This document shows positions 55,799 through 64,000 of a stretch of DNA of 64,000 nucleotides, piece after piece. The position numbers were made by a program, and so were the translations under genes. Each line of letters starts with the position of its first letter. Position 1 is the stretch's first letter. Source of the DNA: an uncultured Muribaculaceae bacterium (GTDB taxonomy: Bacteria; Bacillota_I; Bacilli_A; RF39; UBA660); NCBI GenBank assembly GCA_964513345.1, contig CAZELY010000002.1, positions 13,578 to 77,577 of the forward strand, given 5' to 3'. The notes under the pieces were generated by a model. The model saw only the letters and a list, made by a program, of their open reading frames with translations. It was not told the origin of the DNA and did no database searches.

Positions 55799-56430
55799 TG
55801 AATAATCGATATATATTTTCAGGATTAGTTGGTGGTGCATTTTTTGCTTCAACTTATTTAGCTTTAAACATAGGACTTGTTCCATCGCTAGTAAGCGCTT
55901 CAGTAGCTTTCGCAGCTTCAGCACTAGCTACTAAAGGAACCAATCTAGATACCTTAGGCAACAAAAATTTAAAAAATTATATTAATCTCCTAGAAAAAAG
56001 TAAAGAAGACATTAAAAACTTAAAAAGAATTATTCCAAGCATTGATAATTTAGAAATAAAAAAAGATGTTACGGAAATAACCAAAACATCAGAAAAAATT
56101 ATTAAGCGACTGGAAACAACACCAAAAAAAATCTCGCAGGCTACAAACTTTTTAAACTATTATTTACCAATCACTTTAAAAATTATGAAAAAATATAATG
56201 AAATTGAAGATGAAAAACTAACTAGTAAAGAAGTTAAAAATTTTAATGAAAGAATTTTGAATTTAACTGATAGTATTAATAATGCATTTAATACCCAGCT
56301 TAATAATTTATATAGTACTGATATGATTGACATCGATGCTGAAATGAAAGTTTTTGAATCAGTATTAAAAGCTGATGGATTATTAGGCGAAACTATCAAA
56401 ACAAAAGGCGGTGATAAAAATGGACACTAA
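55798..56430 (+). CDS. XpaC-like (5-bromo-4-chloroindolyl phosphate hydrolysis family) membrane protein
   Basis: Two N-terminal TM helices and a helical cytoplasmic domain. Its position next to a TelA-family gene matches B. subtilis xpaC-yaaN. The family call is partly contextual. Confidence 0.5.
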   Translation: MNNRYIFSGLVGGAFFASTYLALNIGLVPSLVSASVAFAASALATKGTNLDTLGNKNLKNYINLLEKSKEDIKNLKRIIPSIDNLEIKKDVTEITKTSEKIIKRLETTPKKISQATNFLNYYLPITLKIMKKYNEIEDEKLTSKEVKNFNERILNLTDSINNAFNTQLNNLYSTDMIDIDAEMKVFESVLKADGLLGETIKTKGGDKNGH

Positions 56431-57529
56431 AAAATTAGGAATAGGGATTTTAATATTTCTAGTAGTTATTTTAGGAACAATTGGAATCAAAAATCTAAAC
56501 CTAACTAAAAACAAAGTAACAACCATTTATGGCGCCGTAGGAGGCGGAAAAGAAAATCTTTTAGCTGATGAAGAATTTGTTAATATTTTAAACAAGAAAT
56601 ATAAAATTGATGTTGTTAATGATACGTGGAGTAATGGGAAATTAATCGTTAATGATGTAGTTAGAGAAGATGGTAGTAATTATGATTTTATCTTTTTCTC
56701 AGATCAAAGGTTTTATGATTATTATAAAATTGCCCCTGATGAAGCAAAAGGTGAAGCCAAGAGATATACCGTTAAAAAAGGTAGTTTAACTTTAAATACT
56801 CCTGTTGTTATTTATAGTTGGGATACAGTAACGGATGCTTTAATTAAAGAGGGTATTGTTACCGAAAAAGATGGTGTATATTTTATAACCGACATGAATA
56901 AATTATTAAATTATATTTTAGCTGGTAAATCATGGAAAGATTTAGGATTGGATTTATATGGCAATATAAATATTGATTCTACAGATCCAGTTACATCTTC
57001 ACCAGGTGCTACATACTATGGATTGCTTGCCTCTATCATGGGTGGTGGTAAAGTAACTGATGAAAACATTGATGAAATTTTACCGAAATTAAAAGAATTT
57101 TATAAAAAATCAGGATATATGAATAATACGCCTGCTGATTTGTTCCAACTATATTTAAAAACTGGCGTTGGAGCTAAACCAATGATCGTCGATTATGAAA
57201 AAAGTATTATTGACTTTGCTAACGCTGATCCAGAAGGATATAAATCAGTAAAAGATAAAATTAGAATATTATATCCAAGTCCAACTATTTGGAATTCACA
57301 TTGTATTGCTTCATTAAGCGATAATGGTAATATTTATTATGATGTATTTGAAGACAAAAATGTTCAGCAATTAGCTTGGGAAAAATATGGTTTCAGAACA
57401 GGAGTAACCGGTGGAAACTATGATGTTTCTAAAGTTATTGTTAAAGGTATACCACAAAGTATAGATGGGGCCGTTTCTAGTTTAAAAATGAATATTTATG
57501 AAAAAATGATAGAAAGTTTAAAAAATTAG
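56420..57529 (+). CDS. membrane-anchored solute-binding-like protein (paralog of the N-terminal half of 54191..55798)
   Basis: I prefer the ATG at 56420. It has an N-terminal TM and a layout similar to the SBP-like part of the vWA protein. Confidence 0.5.
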   Translation: MDTKKLGIGILIFLVVILGTIGIKNLNLTKNKVTTIYGAVGGGKENLLADEEFVNILNKKYKIDVVNDTWSNGKLIVNDVVREDGSNYDFIFFSDQRFYDYYKIAPDEAKGEAKRYTVKKGSLTLNTPVVIYSWDTVTDALIKEGIVTEKDGVYFITDMNKLLNYILAGKSWKDLGLDLYGNINIDSTDPVTSSPGATYYGLLASIMGGGKVTDENIDEILPKLKEFYKKSGYMNNTPADLFQLYLKTGVGAKPMIVDYEKSIIDFANADPEGYKSVKDKIRILYPSPTIWNSHCIASLSDNGNIYYDVFEDKNVQQLAWEKYGFRTGVTGGNYDVSKVIVKGIPQSIDGAVSSLKMNIYEKMIESLKN

Positions 57530-57539
57530 GAGGGATAAT

Positions 57540-58688
57540 ATGGAAAATAAAATTGAACTTAAAACTATCGACACTTTAGATCTAGAGGAGATCAAAAATA
57601 CAATTGACAAAGGAAATGAAGTTACTGAAGAAAAGGTCGAAAAAACTTTAGATTACAACAAACTAACGAAAGAAGAACAGGAAGCGATTGATGAGTTCGT
57701 AGGCAAAATCGACGCTACTAGTACAAATGAAATAATCACGTTTGGTGCACCTGCTCAAACAAAAATTACGCAATTTTCAGATGAAGTTTTAGAAAATGTT
57801 AAAACTAGAAGTCTAGGTGAAGTAGGGGATTTACTTGCTGATTTAACTTCTGAAATTAAATCATTTGATGCGACAGTCAATCCAAACATTAAACCAGGTT
57901 TATTTAGTTCTTTGAAAAAACAACTTGCTAAAATAATTGCGAAATTTAGTAAAGTTGAAACTAACATTAATGAAATTGAAAAGAAATTAGAATCACATAA
58001 AATTCAAATGATGAAAGATATTGAAATCTTTGATCAAATGTATTTAAAAAATCTAGAATACTTTAAAGAATTATCACTTTATATTATCGCTGGTATGAAA
58101 AAAATTGAAGAGATGAAAACTAAAGTATTACCAGAATTAGAGCATATTGCTAAAGAATCTGGTGAAGAAACCGATGTTCAAAAAGTAAATGATATGAATA
58201 ATTTAATTGACAGATTTGAAAAGAAAATTTATGATTTAAAAACAACGAGAATCATTTCTATTCAAATGGCTCCACAAATTAGACTAATTCAAAATAATGA
58301 TGCCGAATTAGTTGATAAAATTCAATCATCAATTACTAATACAATTCCACTATGGAAAAACCAAATGGTTATTGCTTTAGGTATTTCAAATGCTAAACAA
58401 GCTTTAAACGCTCAAAAAGAAGTAACAGAATTAACTAATGAAATGCTTAAGAAAAATAGTGAAACTTTAAAACAAGGCTCAATTGAAATTGCCAAAGAAA
58501 GCGAAAGAGCTATTGTTGATTTAGAAACACTTAAGAAAACAAATGCTGATTTGATTACTACTTTGGATGAAATCGTAAGAATTCACGCTGAAGGCAGAAA
58601 ACAAAGAGAAGAAGCTGAAGTTGAGCTTAATAAAATTGAACTTGAACTTAAAAACAAATTAATTAATTTAAAAGAACAAGCTGAATAA
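57540..58688 (+). CDS. telA: TelA-family toxic anion resistance protein
   Basis: 382 aa and all-helical. TFGAPAQTKITQFSDEVLENVKTRSLGEVGDLLADL is typical of TelA/YaaN. Confidence 0.75.
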   Translation: MENKIELKTIDTLDLEEIKNTIDKGNEVTEEKVEKTLDYNKLTKEEQEAIDEFVGKIDATSTNEIITFGAPAQTKITQFSDEVLENVKTRSLGEVGDLLADLTSEIKSFDATVNPNIKPGLFSSLKKQLAKIIAKFSKVETNINEIEKKLESHKIQMMKDIEIFDQMYLKNLEYFKELSLYIIAGMKKIEEMKTKVLPELEHIAKESGEETDVQKVNDMNNLIDRFEKKIYDLKTTRIISIQMAPQIRLIQNNDAELVDKIQSSITNTIPLWKNQMVIALGISNAKQALNAQKEVTELTNEMLKKNSETLKQGSIEIAKESERAIVDLETLKKTNADLITTLDEIVRIHAEGRKQREEAEVELNKIELELKNKLINLKEQAE

Positions 58689-58702
58689 AAAGGAGTAAGA
58701 AA

Positions 58703-59929
58703 ATGAGAAAAGTAAGATATTTGCTGTTAGCTTTCCTATTAACATTTACACTAACAGGATGTGTTAAATACAATGTTAATATGGACATAAAAAAAGATAA
58801 ATCTATGGACACATCAATAATTATGGCTTTTGACAAATCATTAGTTCAAGATGAGGAAATATTAGAAGAGGAAGATGTAAAAACCTTACAAAGTAAAGGC
58901 TATACTGTTAAAGATTATAGCGAAGGCAATATGAAAGGCTTTACGGTAACTAAAAAAATCAAAAATATTGATGACGTTAGTACTACTAAAAAAGTAGAAT
59001 ATAATTTGTCCGGAATAATGGATGAAAAAACTAAAGACGATCAGATATTTCAAGTAAAAAAAGGATTTTTTAAAAACACTTATATAGCGAATTTTAAATT
59101 TGAAAGTACTGATAATAATTTAGAAGGTTTAACAGAAGATACAACTACTGAAGGTACCGAAGAAGATGACACTTTACTTAGTGATGAAAATGAAGAAAGC
59201 GAAACTTTAGTAGGTGAAGAAGAAACAACTTTGGATGAGGAAGTAGATACGACACTAGATGAGGATGCAAAAGAAGAATCTGAAACTACTGAGGACGAAG
59301 CGATTGAAGAAACTGAAGAAGAGACTACTGGAGCAACATCATTAGATGATATGGATTTATCAAACATGTCAGCTATGGATATAAGTTTTAATATAACGTT
59401 ACCTTATCCAGCTAAAAATGAAAACGCATCGAAAGTTAGCAAGGATGGGAAAGAATTAACTTGGGATAAATCTTCAAATCAAGAAGGTAATGTTAAATTT
59501 GAATTTGAAATGTATAATATGACAAATATTTATATTTGTGCCGGTGTTGCCACATTATTAATAATTATACTAATTATTATTATTCTAAAGGGAAAAGGTA
59601 AAAAAGCAAAAAAGACTGAAGCACCAAGTGAACAGCCAATAGCTCCAGCACCAGTTGAGCCAACACAACCGATTGAACCTGTTCAACCAGTAATGCAAGA
59701 GCAATCACAACCTGTCGCGCCAGAAGTTTCAGTAGAAATAAAACCAGAAATAAATATTGAAACTACACCAGCGCAAGAAACGCCAATTGCACCGGAACCA
59801 GTTCAACCAGAAATGCCTGCAGAAACAGCTGATATACCACAGCCAGCAGCAGAACCAGCACCAATTGAACAAACGCCGGTTACTCCGGTGGAAACACCAG
59901 TTGAGCCGCAAAATAATCAACAACAATAA
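58703..59929 (+). CDS. lipoprotein with acidic Thr/Glu-rich region, TM and Pro-rich tail
   Basis: Lipobox LTFTLTG/C, an ETTLDEEVDTTLDED low-complexity region, TM ICAGVATLLIIILIIIIL, and a PxxP-rich C-terminus. Confidence 0.6.
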   Translation: MRKVRYLLLAFLLTFTLTGCVKYNVNMDIKKDKSMDTSIIMAFDKSLVQDEEILEEEDVKTLQSKGYTVKDYSEGNMKGFTVTKKIKNIDDVSTTKKVEYNLSGIMDEKTKDDQIFQVKKGFFKNTYIANFKFESTDNNLEGLTEDTTTEGTEEDDTLLSDENEESETLVGEEETTLDEEVDTTLDEDAKEESETTEDEAIEETEEETTGATSLDDMDLSNMSAMDISFNITLPYPAKNENASKVSKDGKELTWDKSSNQEGNVKFEFEMYNMTNIYICAGVATLLIIILIIIILKGKGKKAKKTEAPSEQPIAPAPVEPTQPIEPVQPVMQEQSQPVAPEVSVEIKPEINIETTPAQETPIAPEPVQPEMPAETADIPQPAAEPAPIEQTPVTPVETPVEPQNNQQQ

Positions 59930-59952
59930 ATCCGTTTATAACGGATTTTTGT
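59930..59952 (+). terminator. rho-independent terminator
   Basis: An ATCCGTT tata AACGGAT hairpin followed by a T-run. Confidence 0.65.
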
Positions 59953-60045
59953 TTATTAAAAAAGAAAATCAATATGTTAGTGCAGATCAACGAATAATTA
60001 CGATAGTTTATACAATAATATGATATAATAAATATAGGTGATTTT

Positions 60046-62628
60046 ATGAAAAAAATAATTCTTGTAGATGGTAATAATTTATTATTTAGAAGTTACTACG
60101 CAACAGCTTATAATGGTAATTTTATGAATAATAGTAAAGGTTTCCCGACAAATGCTTTATTTGGCTTTACTAACATGATAAACAAAATTGTCAATGAAGA
60201 AAAACCTGAATATATAATTGTTGCTTTTGATAAAGGGAAAACATTTAGACACGACAAATATAAAGAATATAAAGATGGTCGAACTGAAACACCTAAAGAA
60301 CTAAAACTACAATTTCCAATCGCTAAAGAATTGTTAACTGCTATGGGTATTAAATATTATGAAATCGATAATTATGAAGCTGATGATATTATTGGTACTT
60401 TCAGTATGTACTGCGATAAAGAATCGGAATACATTGGCACAATTATTAGTAGTGACAAAGATTTACTGCAATTAATTAGTGATGATGTTGATATTAAATT
60501 ATTGAAACAAAAAGATTATATCAGATACAATAAGGATAATTTTAAAAAAGAATGGGGTATTGATCCAATTAATATAATCGATTTAAAAGCTCTAATGGGC
60601 GACTCTTCAGATAATATTCCCGGTGTTAAAGGTGTTGGTGAAAAAACAGCTTTAAAACTTTTACAAGAATATAAAACATTGGATGGCATTTATGAAAATA
60701 TCGATAGTATCAAAGGAAAATTACAAGAAAAATTAATTAATGATAAAGAAAATGCTTACATGAGTTATGACTTGGCAACAATTATTAAAGATGTTCCAAT
60801 GGATATAGATATTAATGATATAAGAATTAAAAATGCTGATAATGATAAATTAAATCATCTATATGAAGAATTAGAATTTTATTCTTTCCTTAAAAAAAAT
60901 AAAAAAGAAAATATTAAAACTGAATTAAATGTTAAAATTATAAGTAGCATTGATGAGATAAATATTCAAGATAAAGTAGCTATTCATTTAGAAGTTTTTG
61001 GCGATAATTATCATACATCAGAAATAATTGGTATGGGTGTTTATAATGAAAAAACAAATTATTTTATACCAGTTGAAATATTGAAACAAAAACCAAAATT
61101 TTTAAAAGAAATACCTAAATATACATATGACTCTAAAAAAATAATTGCTTCATTAAAATATTTAAATATTGAAATTGATAACATAGTTTTTGACACGATG
61201 ATTGCGGCATCATTACTTGATTATAACGTTAAAGATGATATTGCTTATTTAGCTAATGAACAGGGATATAATATTGAATTTTATGAAAATATTTATGGGA
61301 AAGGCAAACACATGCTTTTGCCAGAAATTAAATTAATAGCTAAATCAATGGTTGAACGTGCGCGTTTTATTTATGAGACTAAAGATAGTTTTGAAGAAAA
61401 ACTTAAAGAAGATGAACAACATGAATTATTTACAAATATAGAAATGCCTTTAGCTAGAGTTTTAGCTGATATGGAATATACTGGTGTAAAAGTTGATCAG
61501 GAAAAACTAAATGAAATGGGCGAAAAAATCAAAATTAAAATTGAATTATTAACTAAAGATATTTATAACATGGCTGGATGTGAATTTAATATCGCATCGC
61601 CTCAACAACTTTCCGAGGTGTTGTTTGAAAAATTAGAACTTCCACATGGAAAGAAAAAAACCAATGGTTATTCAACAGCCGCTGATGTGCTTCATAAGAT
61701 AAAAGACAAGCACCCAATCATTAACTTGATTTTAGAATATCGTGCTTTAGCTAAACTATATAATACATATATTGAAGGCATGAAATCTTATATTCATGAT
61801 GATTTAATTCATACTGTTTATACACAAAACTTAACTCGAACTGGAAGGCTTTCATCAACAGAACCTAATTTACAAAATATTCCAGTTAGAGAAGAACTAG
61901 GTAGATCTATAAGAAAAGCTTTTATCCCAGTTAATGATTATATTGTCAGTGCTGATTATTCGCAAATTGAACTTCGTATTTTAGCACATATGGCCGATGT
62001 TGAAGCCTTAAGAAAAGCTTTTAATGAGGATAAAGATATTCATGCAAAGACAGCTAGTGATATTTTTGATGTACCAATTGACTTAGTTACACCACATATG
62101 CGAAGGGTAGCGAAGGCTGTTAATTTTGGAATTATATATGGTATCAGCGGTTTTGGCCTAGGTGAAAACTTGGACATTAATATGAATGATGCCAAAAAAT
62201 TTATCGATACATATTTAGAAACATATCCAGGCATTGGTGAATATATGGATGCGACAATTAAAACGGCCAAAGAAAATGGCTATGTTCGTACTTTGTTTAA
62301 TCGTAAACGAAATATTCCTGAATTAAATAACCCAGCATACATGATTAGACAAAGTGGTGAGCGAATGGCTTTAAACACACCAATTCAGGGAACTAGCGCT
62401 GACATTATAAAAATCGCTATGGTTAAAGTGTATGAAGCCTTTAAAGAAAATAATATTAAAAGTAAAATGATTATTCAAGTGCATGATGAATTAATATTCG
62501 ACACTAAAAAAGAAGAATTAGAAAAAGTCATAACCATTGTTAAAGAAGTTATGGAAAATGTTTGTAAATTATCAGTTCCTTTAAAAGTGGATATTAATTA
62601 CGGTAAAAACTGGTTCGAAGCAAAATAG
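60046..62628 (+). CDS. polA: DNA polymerase I
   Basis: 5-prime nuclease domain (ILVDGNNLLFRSYYA), polymerase motif A (DYSQIELRILAH), motif B (RRVAKAVNFGIIYG) and motif C (QVHDEL). Confidence 0.97.
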   Translation: MKKIILVDGNNLLFRSYYATAYNGNFMNNSKGFPTNALFGFTNMINKIVNEEKPEYIIVAFDKGKTFRHDKYKEYKDGRTETPKELKLQFPIAKELLTAMGIKYYEIDNYEADDIIGTFSMYCDKESEYIGTIISSDKDLLQLISDDVDIKLLKQKDYIRYNKDNFKKEWGIDPINIIDLKALMGDSSDNIPGVKGVGEKTALKLLQEYKTLDGIYENIDSIKGKLQEKLINDKENAYMSYDLATIIKDVPMDIDINDIRIKNADNDKLNHLYEELEFYSFLKKNKKENIKTELNVKIISSIDEINIQDKVAIHLEVFGDNYHTSEIIGMGVYNEKTNYFIPVEILKQKPKFLKEIPKYTYDSKKIIASLKYLNIEIDNIVFDTMIAASLLDYNVKDDIAYLANEQGYNIEFYENIYGKGKHMLLPEIKLIAKSMVERARFIYETKDSFEEKLKEDEQHELFTNIEMPLARVLADMEYTGVKVDQEKLNEMGEKIKIKIELLTKDIYNMAGCEFNIASPQQLSEVLFEKLELPHGKKKTNGYSTAADVLHKIKDKHPIINLILEYRALAKLYNTYIEGMKSYIHDDLIHTVYTQNLTRTGRLSSTEPNLQNIPVREELGRSIRKAFIPVNDYIVSADYSQIELRILAHMADVEALRKAFNEDKDIHAKTASDIFDVPIDLVTPHMRRVAKAVNFGIIYGISGFGLGENLDINMNDAKKFIDTYLETYPGIGEYMDATIKTAKENGYVRTLFNRKRNIPELNNPAYMIRQSGERMALNTPIQGTSADIIKIAMVKVYEAFKENNIKSKMIIQVHDELIFDTKKEELEKVITIVKEVMENVCKLSVPLKVDINYGKNWFEAK

Positions 62629-62638
62629 GAGTAAAAAT

Positions 62639-63616
62639 ATGGAAGATAATTTTAAGCAAAAAGATTTGAGTTTGGAAAAACTAGAGGAATTTTTTACTTA
62701 TGATATTGAGGTAAAAAAGAAACTATATCAACTAGGAAGCATTCCCACTTCACATGAAGAACTTATTGAATATACAGATATCTTATGGAAATCAACCGAA
62801 AGCATTAGATCGAAATTAATAAAAATATGTAAGTTGTTTGATATTAATATTGCTGTTCCGATCGTTGAGAACCTTATTAAAAATTGTCAGCAACGCATTA
62901 TTAATACAAATTACAGCTATCAAGATATTCAATCAATTTACAATGATTTGTTTGCTAAAATGAACGAAGAAACAATAAGCTTAATTCAAGAAAATATTTT
63001 TGGTTATTCAGATAAAACAATGGAGGACTTTGGTCTGATTTTAAATAAATGTGCATCATGCAATGAATTTTTGCATGCCCTACATAGCTATGTAATTAGA
63101 AACGAAAGTATTTTGCAATCAATACCGGAAATAAAAAGCATACCAATAGGAACTAGTAAGTGGGTAAAAATATCACTAAGAGGTGATCAAAATCAATTAG
63201 CTGAAGATATTTTCGATAAATTGGTTGAGCAAAATGCTGATGTTTCAAGCGAAGCCAGATTTCATGCGGTTGGCAACACGGATATAGTTGCTATAAACAA
63301 AAGCAATAAAATTTTAATCATGGCTAGGGATAAAGGCCATAGTTTAACTATCGAAACAAAATTAGAAGAAGATGGAAATTATGGCGTAGAGTATTATATG
63401 CCTAAATCAATATCGTATAATTTAACCAGCAAGCTTCGTGGTATTACTAACTATAATGATGGTGATGATTTTGCGATTGGATCATTTTTGACAGAACCTG
63501 GTTGTTTTGTTAATGATATTGTTGATTTGATAAATAGTGTACCTACAGATTGTAACTTGTCATGGACGAACGAAACTATGTATTCATATTTGAATGATCA
63601 AGCTTACCATAGGTAA
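62639..63616 (+). CDS. hypothetical protein
   Basis: 325-aa ORF with a GGAG RBS, tightly following polA. I recognise no motif. Confidence 0.45.
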   Translation: MEDNFKQKDLSLEKLEEFFTYDIEVKKKLYQLGSIPTSHEELIEYTDILWKSTESIRSKLIKICKLFDINIAVPIVENLIKNCQQRIINTNYSYQDIQSIYNDLFAKMNEETISLIQENIFGYSDKTMEDFGLILNKCASCNEFLHALHSYVIRNESILQSIPEIKSIPIGTSKWVKISLRGDQNQLAEDIFDKLVEQNADVSSEARFHAVGNTDIVAINKSNKILIMARDKGHSLTIETKLEEDGNYGVEYYMPKSISYNLTSKLRGITNYNDGDDFAIGSFLTEPGCFVNDIVDLINSVPTDCNLSWTNETMYSYLNDQAYHR

Positions 63617-63640
63617 TGCATAAAATATATTGGTGGTATT

Positions 63641-64000
63641 ATGAAAAAAATAACAAAAGTTTTATTAAAAAGTTTTATAACAAATATTTTGCTTTCAGCG
63701 ATTAAAATAATAACTGGAATAATTGGTGCTTCAGGAGCGTTAATAGCTGATGGACTTCACTCATTAAGCGATACAGTAACTGATGTTGTAGCCATTGTTG
63801 GTAGCAAACTATCAGCTAAACCTGCAGATTCCAAACATCCTTATGGGCATGGCAAGATCGAATACATTACGTGTATTATAATTGGTATTGCGGTTTTTAT
63901 GGTAGGAATTTCTATTATTTATAGTGCGATATATAAAGAAATAACAGTTCCAGATTTTATTACAGCTATTATTGCCTTAGTCGTTATATTAGCTAAAATA
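63641..64000 (+). CDS. cation diffusion facilitator family transporter (N-terminal 120 codons; continues past window end)
   Basis: My own translation is MKKITKVLLKSFITNILLSAIKIITGIIGASGALIADGLHSLSDTVTDVV...HPYGHGKIEY, a typical CDF TM1-TM2 signature. Confidence 0.75.
   Translation, partial: MKKITKVLLKSFITNILLSAIKIITGIIGASGALIADGLHSLSDTVTDVVAIVGSKLSAKPADSKHPYGHGKIEYITCIIIGIAVFMVGISIIYSAIYKEITVPDFITAIIALVVILAKI

Noticed and set aside
60015-60030. TATGATATAAT as a cluster-specific regulatory signature. It is found before 13179, 27734 and 28833.
   Set aside because: The same extended -10 also precedes polA (about 60020), and similar ones occur before other housekeeping genes. It is therefore the general promoter style of this genome. 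Only the longer 27-nt identity between cassettes B and C is treated as meaningful.
1-64000. CRISPR arrays, IS elements or transposases, rRNA or tRNA genes, group I/II introns, and TGA-as-Trp recoding.
   Set aside because: - No regularly spaced short direct repeats were seen.
- No transposase-like ORFs and no tRNA cloverleaf-like GC-rich islands were seen apart from the tmRNA tRNA-like end.
- Trp is encoded by TGG throughout.
- TGA closes at least the sortase ORF (5849-5851) right before the next gene's start, so the standard code fits.

Overview
This is an AT-rich chromosomal segment from a walled, low-GC monoderm (Bacillota-type). PolC, RNase Y, GpsB, a sortase, the rnr-smpB-ssrA arrangement and anaerobic NrdD/NrdG all point that way, and the standard genetic code appears to apply. 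Almost every gene is on the + strand.

Housekeeping genes flank both sides. On the left are an acyl-CoA ligase, plsC, gpsB, rnpB, a RodZ-like gene, pgsA, recA with a LexA (Cheo) box, a sortase-pilin pair, rny and nrdD/nrdG. On the right are a rhodanese, an XRE regulator, rmuC, rnr, smpB, tmRNA, polC, a vWA/XpaC/TelA stress cluster, polA and a CDF transporter.

Between them, at about 13.2-41.6 kb, lies a roughly 28 kb accessory supercluster, which I consider the main discovery candidate. It starts with three unknown envelope genes, one of them a ~1090-aa cysteine-rich secreted protein. A complete-looking Tad-like (type IVc) pilus module follows: CpaB, CpaF/TadA, TadB, TadC, four prepilin-like proteins and a TadZ-like gene. 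After a terminator comes a Gram-positive-type type IV secretion module:
- five VirB2-like hairpin proteins, three fused to hypervariable secreted ectodomains and arranged as self-contained promoter-to-terminator cassettes
- VirB6-like, PrgI/VirB3-like and a split VirB4
- NlpC/P60 and peptidase-lysozyme wall hydrolases
- a VirD4 coupling protein

I could not recognise a relaxase, integrase, replication gene or flanking direct repeats.

A second notable item is a split NrdD. Its glycyl-radical motif sits on a separate 51-aa ORF that is missing from the supplied track.

All calls rest on motif reading by eye; no database search was possible.
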